Below, piece by piece: positions 38,636 to 48,432 of a stretch of 64,000 nt of DNA. Numbering within the stretch: position 1 is the first letter of the stretch; every line of letters starts with the position of its first letter. Source of the stretch: Mycoplasma sp. CAG:956 (GTDB taxonomy: Bacteria > Bacillota_I > Bacilli_A > RF39 > UBA660). The stretch covers positions 10,919 through 74,918 of the forward strand of contig HF993083.1 of NCBI GenBank assembly GCA_000433475.1, given 5' to 3'. A model generated the notes under the pieces. The model saw only the letters and a list, made by a program, of their open reading frames with translations. It did not search any database and was not told the DNA's origin. Position numbers and translations under genes: made by a program.

Positions 38636-40003
38636 ATGGAAGAAAGATTAGAAATTGTATTAAATGAAATATTTTTAAAATATGGTTTTTTATTTGATAA
38701 GAAAAGTGAATTAGAAGATTTAGTTAGTGATATTACTGATAGATATTTAGAATCAGTTAGACTTGATGTTTCTATTTTTAATACTTATTTAATGGAAATA
38801 GAAAGTAGAGTTAGAAAATATTTAGCTTTGAAAATAAAGGAAAATCCTTTTAAGGTTTTAAATAGTTATATAAATAAAAATCTAAGTAATGCTAAAAATA
38901 ATATAGAAGCTTTAGATAGCATTAGTTATTTGTGTGATATTAGTGGTTATAAAATAAGTAATGTTATGATTAAAGAATTACTTAATAATAATAAAGTTTT
39001 AAATAAATTAGTTAGTAGTGCTGTAAAGGATAATATGGTTTATTTAAAAAATAATAATTTAGGTAAAAAAGTATCTAATGAAGTAGCGAAAGAATTTATT
39101 TATACTTATTGTGATTTAGAAAATATTGATGTTAATGAAATAAATCCAACTAGTAAATATCCTTATTTTGGTTATGATCTTCCACCTTTTAAAACGGTTG
39201 AAGAAGAATTAGAAGTTGTAAATATGGCGAAGATGGGCGATAAGAGTGCTAAAGAAGAGCTTATTTTAAGAAATATTAAACTTATAAATAATGTAGCTAT
39301 TAAATATCTTAATACAATATTTAATATTGATGATTTAACTCAAGAAGGAATAATTGGGCTTTTAACTGCTATTGAAAAATATGATAGTAGTAAGAAAATA
39401 AAATTTAGTACTTATGCTAATTATTGGATTAAAGCTAATATTTTAGGATATATAAAAACAAAGGGTAATGCTATTAAAATTGGTAGTAGTGATACTACTT
39501 TGTATACTAAATATTTAAAGTTTCAAGAAAGTTTTTCAAATAAATATGGAAGAGTTCCTACTTTAGCTGAAGCTGCTTTAGAATTAGATGTTGGCATAGA
39601 ACACTTAGAAATGGTTATTAATTCAAGAAAAAATAATCTTAGTCTAGATGAGTATGTTTATGATGAAGATAAAGAAGCTACTATGGCTGATTTTATACCT
39701 GATGAATCAATTGATATTGAGGCAGATGCCGAAGATTTAGAGTTAAAAGAAAATATAAATACTATTTTAAATAATATTGGTTTAAGTGATAAAGAGAAGA
39801 TAGTAGTTTATTTACGTTTCGGCTTTGATGGTAGTGGGACTATATGTCCAAGACAAAAAATTGCTGATTATTTAGGATTATCACAACAAAGAATTGGACA
39901 AATAGAAGAAAGTGCTAAAAAGAGAATAATTAATAGTAAAATTTTTAAAGATTTAATAGCCGATGATTCATTAACAAGAACGTTAGATGTTTTAAAAAAA
40001 TAA
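38636..40003 (+). CDS. Sigma-70 family factor with ~190-aa unknown N-terminal domain (paralog 1)
   Basis: Region 2 DDLTQEGIIGLLTAIEKYD..KFSTYANYWIK, region 3, region 4 IADYLGLSQQRIGQIEESAKKRI. Confidence 0.8.
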   Translation: MEERLEIVLNEIFLKYGFLFDKKSELEDLVSDITDRYLESVRLDVSIFNTYLMEIESRVRKYLALKIKENPFKVLNSYINKNLSNAKNNIEALDSISYLCDISGYKISNVMIKELLNNNKVLNKLVSSAVKDNMVYLKNNNLGKKVSNEVAKEFIYTYCDLENIDVNEINPTSKYPYFGYDLPPFKTVEEELEVVNMAKMGDKSAKEELILRNIKLINNVAIKYLNTIFNIDDLTQEGIIGLLTAIEKYDSSKKIKFSTYANYWIKANILGYIKTKGNAIKIGSSDTTLYTKYLKFQESFSNKYGRVPTLAEAALELDVGIEHLEMVINSRKNNLSLDEYVYDEDKEATMADFIPDESIDIEADAEDLELKENINTILNNIGLSDKEKIVVYLRFGFDGSGTICPRQKIADYLGLSQQRIGQIEESAKKRIINSKIFKDLIADDSLTRTLDVLKK

Positions 40004-40036
40004 GTATAAGATTAATCATGATTGGAAGTTGATAAT

Positions 40037-41374
40037 ATGGAGGAAAAAGTCTTAGATAGTGTTTATAACAAATATGCTTTTCTATTTCAAAATAAGAGTG
40101 AATATTTAACTAAAGTAAGACAAGCAATAGAAAAATATGAAAATTGGGCTTTAAGTAGTTCAAATATAGAGTTATTCTTATATGAATTAGAAGTAATTAT
40201 GCATAAATATTTAAAAGAAAGATTAAATGAAAATCCTTTTGATGTTTTAGATAAGTATATTGAGATAAATTTAAAAAATTGTACGAACTATTTAGGTGCT
40301 TTAGAAGATTTAGCTAAATTTTGTGATACCAATTATTTAATATTAAGTACTGATTTAGTAAAGAAATTATTACTTGATAATGTTATTTTAAATAATATAG
40401 TTGGTAATGTTTGCAAGAAATATTTAAATAGTATAAAAATTGGTCGTTTTAATAATGAAACTACAAATAAACTAGTTAGAGAATTCGTTTATATCTATTG
40501 TGACTTAGAAAAGATTGAAATAGCTTATGAAAACAGTAGTTATTCATATTTAAGATATAGTTTGCCTCCTTTTGATACGAAAGAACAAGAGATTGCGGCA
40601 ATTAAAAAAGCTAAAGACGGTGATAATGCTGCAAAAGAAGAGATTATTTTAAGAAGTGTTAGGTTAGTTTATAGTATTGCTAAAAGGTACTGTTCTGAGG
40701 GAATTAGTATGGAAGATTTAATTCAAGAAGGTATAGAAGGAATATTATATGCTATTAATGGTTATAATTTTGATTATGATATTAAATTTAATTCTTATGC
40801 TTATGAATGGATTAGACAAAAGATATCAAGATATGTTATATCAAAAGAACATTATTTTGGGGGAGCATTTACTAATGCTAAGTTATATGGTGAATATGAA
40901 AAAGTGTATGAAAAATTATGCTCTAAATTAGATAGAGAACCAACTATAAAAGAAGTAGCAGAGGTTTTAAAAGTACCTAGTTCTAAATTATATATGGTTA
41001 TAATTAGTAATACCTCTAATGTTAGTTTAGATGAACCAATAGATAGTGATACTCCTTCTAGTATTAGTGAATTTTTAGCTGATGATAGTAGTGATTTTGT
41101 TTTGGAACATGAAGATAAAGAATATCTTGAAAATATAGATAACTTATTAGAGAGTATGGGTTTAACTAAAAGAGAAAAAGAAGTTATTAAGTTAAGAAAT
41201 GGATTAGATGATTTAGGAATTACTAGAACTAAGGTCGAAGTAGCAGAGATGCTAGGACTTACTCATCAAAGAGTTGCCCAATTAGAAAAAGTTGGGTTAG
41301 AAAAAATAAGAAGTTATATGAATAGTGAAGAAAAGAATAATAAGAAAAGATTAAAACTTGAGAAAAAAAATTAA
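40037..41374 (+). CDS. Sigma-70 family factor with the same N-terminal domain (paralog 2)
   Basis: EDLIQEGIEGILYAINGYN..KFNSYAYEWIRQ, VAEMLGLTHQRVAQLEKVGLEKI. N-terminus aligns with paralog 1 (NENPF.VL..YI, EF.Y.YCDLE). Confidence 0.8.
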   Translation: MEEKVLDSVYNKYAFLFQNKSEYLTKVRQAIEKYENWALSSSNIELFLYELEVIMHKYLKERLNENPFDVLDKYIEINLKNCTNYLGALEDLAKFCDTNYLILSTDLVKKLLLDNVILNNIVGNVCKKYLNSIKIGRFNNETTNKLVREFVYIYCDLEKIEIAYENSSYSYLRYSLPPFDTKEQEIAAIKKAKDGDNAAKEEIILRSVRLVYSIAKRYCSEGISMEDLIQEGIEGILYAINGYNFDYDIKFNSYAYEWIRQKISRYVISKEHYFGGAFTNAKLYGEYEKVYEKLCSKLDREPTIKEVAEVLKVPSSKLYMVIISNTSNVSLDEPIDSDTPSSISEFLADDSSDFVLEHEDKEYLENIDNLLESMGLTKREKEVIKLRNGLDDLGITRTKVEVAEMLGLTHQRVAQLEKVGLEKIRSYMNSEEKNNKKRLKLEKKN

Positions 41375-41426
41375 TAGATTAATTATTAAATTTTTGCTAT
41401 ACTTAGAACAGGTATAAGGTGATAGT

Positions 41427-42560
41427 ATGATTTATTTAGATTATAGTGCAACAACTCCAGTTAATCCTGAGGTTTTAGATAGTTTAGTTAAGGTTAGTAG
41501 GGATTATATTGGTAATCCTAATTCTATGCATAATTTAGGGGTAAAATCGAGAGCTCTTTTAAAAAGTGCAACTAGGCAGATAGCAGATTGTCTAAATGTT
41601 AAAATGGAAGAAATTATTTATACAAGTGGTGCTACGGAGGCTAATAATACGGCTTTGCTTGGTGTTGCCTTAAGATATAAAAATAGGGGTAATCATATAA
41701 TATTATCCAAATTAGAGCATCCTTCGGAATATGTACTGGCTAATTATTTAGAGAACTTAGGCTTTAGAATTAGTTATGTTAATAATGATTCTGATGGGTT
41801 AATAGATTTAGATGATTTAAAGAGTTTAATAACGGATAAAACCATATTAGTAAGTATTGTGGGAGTTAATAGTGAAGTAGGAGTTAGACAACCATTAAAA
41901 ACTATAAGACAAATAATTAAGAAAGAAAATCCTAATACTATATTTCATAGTGATTTAACACAAGCCTTAGGAAAAGTGGCTATTAATTTAAATGATGTCG
42001 ATTTAGCTAGTTTTTCAGGTCATAAAATATACGGTCCAAAGGGAATCGGCTTACTTTATAAAAGTGAAAAAGTCGATATAGTTCCGTTAATTCATGGTAG
42101 TAGTAAAGATTTTCCATTACGTGCTGGAACACCTCCTCTTCATTTAATCGTGGCTTTATCAAAAGCTATTAGATTATGTTTAATTGATTTAGATAAAAAA
42201 GAATTATATGTTAAAAAATTAAATGAAAAGATTGTAGATGATTTAAGTCATTATCCTAATTTGAAATTTAATAATACTAAGTATTCAATATATAATGTAA
42301 TTAATATAAGTTTAATGGATATTAAGCCGGAAAGTTTTGTACATGCCATGGAAGATCATGAAGTATATATAAGTACTAATACAGCTTGTTCATCAGGAGA
42401 ATTATCTACTTCAGTTATGGCTTTATATGGTGATAAAAAACGAGCAATGACTACTATTAGAATAAGTTTATCATGTAATACTACTATGGATGAAGTTAAT
42501 AAGTTTTTAACTTTCTTCCATGGGGAATATCAAAGATTTATAAGATTAAAAGGTAAGTAA
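41427..42560 (+). CDS. Cysteine desulfurase (class V aminotransferase, NifS/IscS-like)
   Basis: PLP lysine SGHKIYGPKGIG, active-site TNTACSSG. Confidence 0.85.
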   Translation: MIYLDYSATTPVNPEVLDSLVKVSRDYIGNPNSMHNLGVKSRALLKSATRQIADCLNVKMEEIIYTSGATEANNTALLGVALRYKNRGNHIILSKLEHPSEYVLANYLENLGFRISYVNNDSDGLIDLDDLKSLITDKTILVSIVGVNSEVGVRQPLKTIRQIIKKENPNTIFHSDLTQALGKVAINLNDVDLASFSGHKIYGPKGIGLLYKSEKVDIVPLIHGSSKDFPLRAGTPPLHLIVALSKAIRLCLIDLDKKELYVKKLNEKIVDDLSHYPNLKFNNTKYSIYNVINISLMDIKPESFVHAMEDHEVYISTNTACSSGELSTSVMALYGDKKRAMTTIRISLSCNTTMDEVNKFLTFFHGEYQRFIRLKGK

Positions 42561-42705
42561 GTAAAAAAATCTCTAGAATTAAGTTAAGTTTTAGGGGTTT
42601 TTTAGATGTACTTAAGTATGGCATAATTTAATGAAAAGTAAAAATAAAAATGTTTAATACGTAATATTTAAAATGTTAAAATGGTACTATGAAGTGGGTG
42701 TTTTC

Positions 42706-43680
42706 ATGTTAATTAATAGTAAAGAAATAGGTAAAAACTTAAAAAAAATAAGAATAGAAAAAGGGCTATCTCAGGAGCAACTGGCAAAAAAAATAAATTA
42801 TACTAGACAAAATATATCAAAGTGGGAAAATGGCATTTCTTTTCCAGCAGATGATATTATTATTAATAAATTATCAACTATTTTAGAAATTTCCAAAGAA
42901 GAATTATTAAATTCCCAAAAAGAAAAAGATATTTTGAAGAATAAAAAGAATATTTATTATTGGTTATTTGGCTTATTAATAATTCTATTGTTAGTTTTAG
43001 GGATAATTTGTTACTTTATTTTGAATCAAAAAATTTATAAAATTAATATAGATGGCATTTTTTCTGGAGTATATACTAGTAATTTTAGAGAAAGATATTT
43101 AAATTTATATACAAATGGATATATAGAAAATTTGAAAGGATTATATTTATATACTGTATATAATAACGAAGAAAAGTATATCTTAAAAACTGCTGAGAAT
43201 GATATTAATGTTTATGAGAAGGGGGATTCCTATGAATACAATTTAAGGTATGTTTTTAAGTGTGGCTTACATTTAGTTCTATTTTATCAAGATGAAACTT
43301 ATGATAAATATGATTATTATTTAAATAATGATAAGGCTGATGATACTTGCGACTATGAATATGTTTATAAAAACAATTCTGTTTTAGAAAATTATGGTTT
43401 TGTAAAAGATGGCTTTAGTTATATTTATACTTTTGATAATACTAAGTTAATTTATAATGGTTATGGTTATCACTTGGACTTAATAGATAATGAAACAATT
43501 GAAAGTGTTGAAACTCTTGGTGAATTTCACTTTTTATATGAAAAATATAATAAAAGTACGGGTAACCAACAAGACGAAATAGTTGAAATTAAAGAAGAAA
43601 AAGACTGCATAGAAGAAAAATGTGCAACTTATGAAGATTATGCTAAGTTTATCAATTTTTTAACTAATGTTAATAGATAA
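42706..43680 (+). CDS. Membrane-anchored XRE-family HTH regulator
   Basis: IGKNLKKIRIEKGLSQEQLAKKINYTRQNISKWENG HTH, one TM (YYWLFGLLIILLLVLGIICYFIL), ~220-aa extracytoplasmic part. Confidence 0.7.
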   Translation: MLINSKEIGKNLKKIRIEKGLSQEQLAKKINYTRQNISKWENGISFPADDIIINKLSTILEISKEELLNSQKEKDILKNKKNIYYWLFGLLIILLLVLGIICYFILNQKIYKINIDGIFSGVYTSNFRERYLNLYTNGYIENLKGLYLYTVYNNEEKYILKTAENDINVYEKGDSYEYNLRYVFKCGLHLVLFYQDETYDKYDYYLNNDKADDTCDYEYVYKNNSVLENYGFVKDGFSYIYTFDNTKLIYNGYGYHLDLIDNETIESVETLGEFHFLYEKYNKSTGNQQDEIVEIKEEKDCIEEKCATYEDYAKFINFLTNVNR

Positions 43681-43681
43681 T

Positions 43682-43725
43682 AATTGCGGGTGCAACTAAA
43701 AAGTTGCACCCGCAATTTTGTATTT
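43682..43725 (+). terminator. Strong rho-independent terminator
   Basis: aattgcgggtgcaact aaaa agttgcacccgcaatt perfect 16-bp GC-containing stem then T-rich tail. Confidence 0.85.
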
Positions 43726-43758
43726 TAGTTTATAATTTTTGGGGAAAAGGATAAAATT

Positions 43759-44184
43759 ATGAAAAAAATTGCAAGAAACACATTCTTAGTTGGATTAATT
43801 GTATTATCTATAGGTATTGTTAAAGCAACAGAAATTTATTATCAAACTACGGTTACTGTTGGATGTCCATACAAATTAGTAGGACAATATAGAAATTTTG
43901 GGGCTGGTGAACAAAAAATCGAATTAAATAAAATTAATTTAGGCACTGCTGAAAGGCAGGAAATAGAAATTGAATATCAGCAAAAGACACTTGTAGGAAG
44001 TACAAAGTTAGGTAAAGAAAGACTCGAAATTGTGTATTCAGAGCCAATGAACTTTTCAAAAACTTTTCAATTTGGCAATCAGAAAAAATCTGGAAAAAGA
44101 AGATATATATTTTATAACAACTTATCTGGACAAAATAACACAGCCATCTTTATTGATGACGTAAAAATGTATCCAAGGGCATAG
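43759..44184 (+). CDS. Small secreted protein
   Basis: Signal peptide MKKIARNTFLVGLIVLSIGIVKA; no known motif. Confidence 0.5.
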   Translation: MKKIARNTFLVGLIVLSIGIVKATEIYYQTTVTVGCPYKLVGQYRNFGAGEQKIELNKINLGTAERQEIEIEYQQKTLVGSTKLGKERLEIVYSEPMNFSKTFQFGNQKKSGKRRYIFYNNLSGQNNTAIFIDDVKMYPRA

Positions 44185-44252
44185 TTAAAGCCAAAGACAG
44201 TTGCTTTAATTTCTGTCTTTAGCTTTATAATTAAAAAAGAAGGTATATTAAT

Positions 44253-45326
44253 ATGAAATTTATAAATACAATTTTTAAATATATAGATACTTATAAAAGA
44301 AATATTTTAGTAATAATGCTTATTTTAATAACGGTAAGTGGAATACTTGGAATATCTTATTATATGTTTTTTAATAATAAGATAGAAAAATATCAAAAAA
44401 ATAATTATATGTTTAAAGTTTATCATGCTGGTTATATAGATGGTGATTATAGTACATATAACAAACTAAAAGAAAGTAAGTACGTAGTTGATATATTTAG
44501 CACAAAAGAATACACAGCATCCGTTATTTTTAAAAATGGATGGACCGTTGATTTATTTGGAACTATTCCAAATAATATGAATATGGTTGATGGTCGTACC
44601 TTTAATATAGATAGTGATGATGAAATAATATGCCCAGATAATTTTAATGATGATGAAACTGAGTTTTTAAAAAATAAAACAAAGAATATTTCTCAATATT
44701 TAAATAAAAGTCTTATTTTAACTGATTATGATGATAATGAAACGAAAGTAAAATTAGTGGGAATTTTTGCTTCTAAAGATGGTGTTTATGAACCAACATA
44801 TTGTTTTGCATCACATAAAACATTACAAAAAATAAATGAAAAAATGCCCCAATATTATAATTCTGAAAGTATTTATATTCAAATTGATGATAATAGTAAC
44901 TTAGAAAAACTAAAAGAACAATTTCCAACAATTAACTTTTCTAAAATACAAGAAGCAAATAACGATATCAGAAATTTAGTCTGTGGTATATGTTTATTTA
45001 TTTATGTTGTCAGTTTATTTATTATAATAGAAATAATGCGAAAAATTGCAGTAAATGTCAAAGCTCAAGGTAGTATTAAAAATAAAATAATATCTGTTTT
45101 AAAATTAGAATTAAAACCATTAATAATTGGCATAATGATTGGTCTTGTTATAACTTTTATTATAAATTATTTGGTTATTCCTAAATTAATTCCAAGTATT
45201 TATTTATTTTATAATAATTATGCTGAGGTTAAAATTATATATGTTCTTTTAAATATTTTGGTAACTGGTCTTATTGTTGTAATGAGTAATCTTAGGAGTG
45301 TCATGAAGATAGAGGTTAAAAAATGA
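44253..45326 (+). CDS. FtsX/MacB-like permease (divergent), no cognate ATPase adjacent
   Basis: N-terminal TM, ~200-aa external domain, then 3 TM with RKIAVNVKAQGSIKNKIISVLKLE resembling the FtsX loop. Confidence 0.5.
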   Translation: MKFINTIFKYIDTYKRNILVIMLILITVSGILGISYYMFFNNKIEKYQKNNYMFKVYHAGYIDGDYSTYNKLKESKYVVDIFSTKEYTASVIFKNGWTVDLFGTIPNNMNMVDGRTFNIDSDDEIICPDNFNDDETEFLKNKTKNISQYLNKSLILTDYDDNETKVKLVGIFASKDGVYEPTYCFASHKTLQKINEKMPQYYNSESIYIQIDDNSNLEKLKEQFPTINFSKIQEANNDIRNLVCGICLFIYVVSLFIIIEIMRKIAVNVKAQGSIKNKIISVLKLELKPLIIGIMIGLVITFIINYLVIPKLIPSIYLFYNNYAEVKIIYVLLNILVTGLIVVMSNLRSVMKIEVKK

Positions 45327-46060
45327 AAAAAGGAAAAATATTTCAAGAATTATTTAAAATTTCTCTTGTATTATTAGGAGTTTATCTTTTAGAAGTTATC
45401 TGTTTTAATTTATATGTCAATATAAAGATATTTATTATTTTAGTATTTCTTGTTTGTATTAATATTTACTGTAAAAATTATTTTTTAGTAATTGAAGATA
45501 AAGACTATTCGTATGTTGAAAAAATGATTTTATTTTATTCTGTAATTTATTTTTTAATTTTATTACTTGTTACTAGTTTTTTTCGAGGTCAAAGAATTGT
45601 AACTTCAAATTTTCATCAAGTTAATTTTATTCCAATTATAAATACTATTAAAGATATAAAACTAATATTATTTTCTAAAAAATTGTGGATGTTAAGTACT
45701 ATTTTGGGTAATATTGTGATGTTTATTCCTTTTAGTTATCTCTTACCAAGACTTAAGAAAAATATGAATTTTAGGAAAACTATAATGTTAATATTAGGAT
45801 TATCTTTTCTAATTGAATCTTTTCAATATATGTTTGGAACTGGTGTTTTTGATATAGATGATATTATTTTAAATGGAGTTGGAGCAATTATTACTTATCC
45901 TTTACTAAATAATAGTCGTTTTTCTAAAATTGTTGATAAATTTATTCTGCTTAAAACTTTTAAATTTTCAATTAAAGACTATTTAGAAATTAGTATTATC
46001 ATTCTTTTAGGATTATTTTTTCTAATCTTTTTAATATCTTCATATTGGAAACTAATTTAA
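45323..46060 (+). CDS. VanZ-like family membrane protein
   Basis: FIPFSYLLP ... ESFQYMFGTGVFDIDDIILNGVGAIITYP; ATGA overlap with upstream gene. Confidence 0.7.
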   Translation: MKKGKIFQELFKISLVLLGVYLLEVICFNLYVNIKIFIILVFLVCINIYCKNYFLVIEDKDYSYVEKMILFYSVIYFLILLLVTSFFRGQRIVTSNFHQVNFIPIINTIKDIKLILFSKKLWMLSTILGNIVMFIPFSYLLPRLKKNMNFRKTIMLILGLSFLIESFQYMFGTGVFDIDDIILNGVGAIITYPLLNNSRFSKIVDKFILLKTFKFSIKDYLEISIIILLGLFFLIFLISSYWKLI

Positions 46061-46075
46061 AAGAAAAATTTTAGT

Positions 46076-46125
46076 ATGCAAAATAAAAAGGTTTAGTGTT
46101 TCCGCTAGACCGTTTTATTTTGCAT
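46076..46125. terminator. Long bidirectional hairpin between convergent genes
   Basis: atgcaaaataaaa / ttttattttgcat 13-bp stem with an inner ggtttag/ctagacc helix. Confidence 0.7.
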
Positions 46126-46190
46126 ATAGTGCAAGAAAAATGAAATAGTTAATTATTTCTCTCTACACGATTTGTTTACTTTTTATAAAA

Positions 46191-46448
46191 TTAAGCTGCA
46201 ATAGGCTCAGTTTCAGCACTTTCATCCTTTTTTACAAATTCGATAGTGTTGTCTTTTGCCTCTTCAGCTAATTTGATTGCACTAACTGGACAAGAATCAA
46301 TGGCATTTTGTAGAGTATCACTTTCAAGGTTATCTTGACTCTTTACTTCTGATAAACCAGCATCATTTATGGCGAAATGTTCTTCATCCATAGCAGCACA
46401 CATACCGCATCCCATACAAACACTATCGTCTACTATTAATTTTTTCAT
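46191..46448 (-). CDS. Ferredoxin, single 4Fe-4S cluster type
   Basis: CMGCGMCAA ... SCPVSAI. Confidence 0.8.
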   Translation of the reverse strand: MKKLIVDDSVCMGCGMCAAMDEEHFAINDAGLSEVKSQDNLESDTLQNAIDSCPVSAIKLAEEAKDNTIEFVKKDESAETEPIAA

Positions 46449-46563
46449 ATTATTTCCTCCTAAGTAATTATATCAATAATTGTGTAAAAAAGTAAATTAG
46501 TAATACCAAAAAATTACAAATTATGCTATTATGTTATTGATGGATAGTAATTGAGGTAATGAT

Positions 46564-47595
46564 ATGAACAATGATTATAATGATACTACACCAAGTCGTG
46601 TTAAAAAAAATGCAAATCTTTATAGAAGAATAGATGCTTCTACAATTGATGATATTGAGATAAATCAACCAGAAGAAGTAATTGAATCAAACACATCGAC
46701 TATTGATGTAGAAAAACTAAAAAGTATGCTTGATAAAAAATATCGTGATCCTAGTAGTAATACTTTAAAAGATGTTGATCATAAACCAGTTGATAGACAA
46801 ATAAATTTAGAAGAAACTAGAGAATATAATTTAGATGAGATATTAAATAAAGCTAAAGCCAATGATGATACTGATTATGGTGTTGAAAGACTGAAGAAAC
46901 TAAGTGATACAAATGTTTCTATATTAGATGGATTAAATATTAAAGATAATGATACTTCTAAAGATGAGATTAATGGTGCTGAAAAGTTAAGTAAGAGTAA
47001 AGTAAGTAGTGATTCTAAAAAATTAATTGAACTTATTGATACCATTAATTTAAAAGAACAAGAAGGTTATGATGCTTTATTAAATGAATCTAATAATAAT
47101 TATGACGATGATACTAGAGATGATAATAAAAAAGCTAGTTTATTAGATGATTTTGATTTAGAAGATACAACTTCTAATGAACCACTTGATATGTTAAGCG
47201 AATTAACTGGTACTGATGAAGATACTAAAGTAGTGGGAGCATCTGAAATAGTTAGTAATAAAGACTTAGAAGATGAAAGTCCTAAATTAGATAATAAAGA
47301 TGATAAATATGATGATATTGATTTAGAAAATAGTGATGATGATTTTGATACTACAGAAGTAGTTAGTAGAGATGATACTGATGATTTTACTGATAGTATG
47401 GAACTTACAACTACCCAAATATTTACTAAAGATGACTTTGAAGATTTTGATGATTTAAAAGAGGCTACTAAACCGCGTATATTTGTTAAAATATTAATAT
47501 TTTTAATAGTTATTGCCGTTATTATTGGTACTGTCTTTGTTTTAGATCGTGTATTAGATTTAGGTATATTAAGTAGATTAGGTATAAATATATAA
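46564..47595 (+). CDS. Highly acidic protein with C-terminal membrane anchor
   Basis: D/E/N-rich low-complexity body, C-terminal IFVKILIFLIVIAVIIGTVFVL. Confidence 0.5.
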   Translation: MNNDYNDTTPSRVKKNANLYRRIDASTIDDIEINQPEEVIESNTSTIDVEKLKSMLDKKYRDPSSNTLKDVDHKPVDRQINLEETREYNLDEILNKAKANDDTDYGVERLKKLSDTNVSILDGLNIKDNDTSKDEINGAEKLSKSKVSSDSKKLIELIDTINLKEQEGYDALLNESNNNYDDDTRDDNKKASLLDDFDLEDTTSNEPLDMLSELTGTDEDTKVVGASEIVSNKDLEDESPKLDNKDDKYDDIDLENSDDDFDTTEVVSRDDTDDFTDSMELTTTQIFTKDDFEDFDDLKEATKPRIFVKILIFLIVIAVIIGTVFVLDRVLDLGILSRLGINI

Positions 47596-47603
47596 TAAAA
47601 AAT

Positions 47604-47641
47604 AGAAGAGAAGAAAATTTAAAAATAATCTTCTCTTTTTT
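47604..47641 (+). terminator. Rho-independent terminator
   Basis: aagagaag / cttctctt stem followed by T run. Confidence 0.6.
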
Positions 47642-47664
47642 ATTATGGGTTAATATATTTTAAT

Positions 47665-48363
47665 ATGAAAAGATTTAAAAAACCTAGAGATATTAATTTA
47701 TTATGGATATATACAATATTAATTTTAATAGAAGTTATATGGTCTATTAATAGTATTGGCAAGTTAATAAGTCCTAAATTAATTAATATAGTTAAGAATA
47801 ATATAGTATATTATGATAATTTATTAGTAGAAGAATATGTTGATACTAAAGAATTAAGAAGTAATTTAGTTGATAATTTAATTACTTTAGATAAGAATAA
47901 AAATGAAGAAATAATAAATATTAATATTGATACAGCTAAGTCTTATGAATTAATGGCAAATATTGTAAAAGAGTTAAAAGGTAAGTCTAATAATTATGGT
48001 GATGTTGATTCTTATGCTAAAAATAAACGAGGAAGTATGGTACTTAGGTATCCAATAGGACTTGCTAGTTCTAATATATTACTTAATAATTTAGGGTATC
48101 GTATTCCTTTAAAGTTAATACTTAATAGTAATGTTTTAACGGGTATTAAAACTAAAGTTACTAATTATGGTTTAAATAATGCGTTAATTGAAGTTTATCT
48201 AAGGGTAAGTTTTGTTTCTAATGTTATTTATTTTAATATGGATGAGGCACTTAAAAGTGATTATGAAATTCTTTTAGCAAGTCGGATGGTAATGGGGAGA
48301 GTTCCAGATATGTTTAATGGTTATTTAGAAAAAAATATTGAAAATAATAATATTAAAAGTTAA
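47665..48363 (+). CDS. yunB: Sporulation protein YunB-like
   Basis: YPIGLASSNILLNNLGYRIPLKL...GLNNALIEVYLRV...MGRVPDMFNG matches my recollection of the B. subtilis YunB C-terminal half (IPLGQATNNALLANLGPKVPVKL...GINNAYVEVYVHL...QGEVPQFYNG). Confidence 0.75.
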   Translation: MKRFKKPRDINLLWIYTILILIEVIWSINSIGKLISPKLINIVKNNIVYYDNLLVEEYVDTKELRSNLVDNLITLDKNKNEEIININIDTAKSYELMANIVKELKGKSNNYGDVDSYAKNKRGSMVLRYPIGLASSNILLNNLGYRIPLKLILNSNVLTGIKTKVTNYGLNNALIEVYLRVSFVSNVIYFNMDEALKSDYEILLASRMVMGRVPDMFNGYLEKNIENNNIKS

Positions 48364-48432
48364 TAATTTAAAATTTAAGGAAATATCATACATTGATAGA
48401 TTTGTACCGGTTATTGTGGTACCATATTTGTT

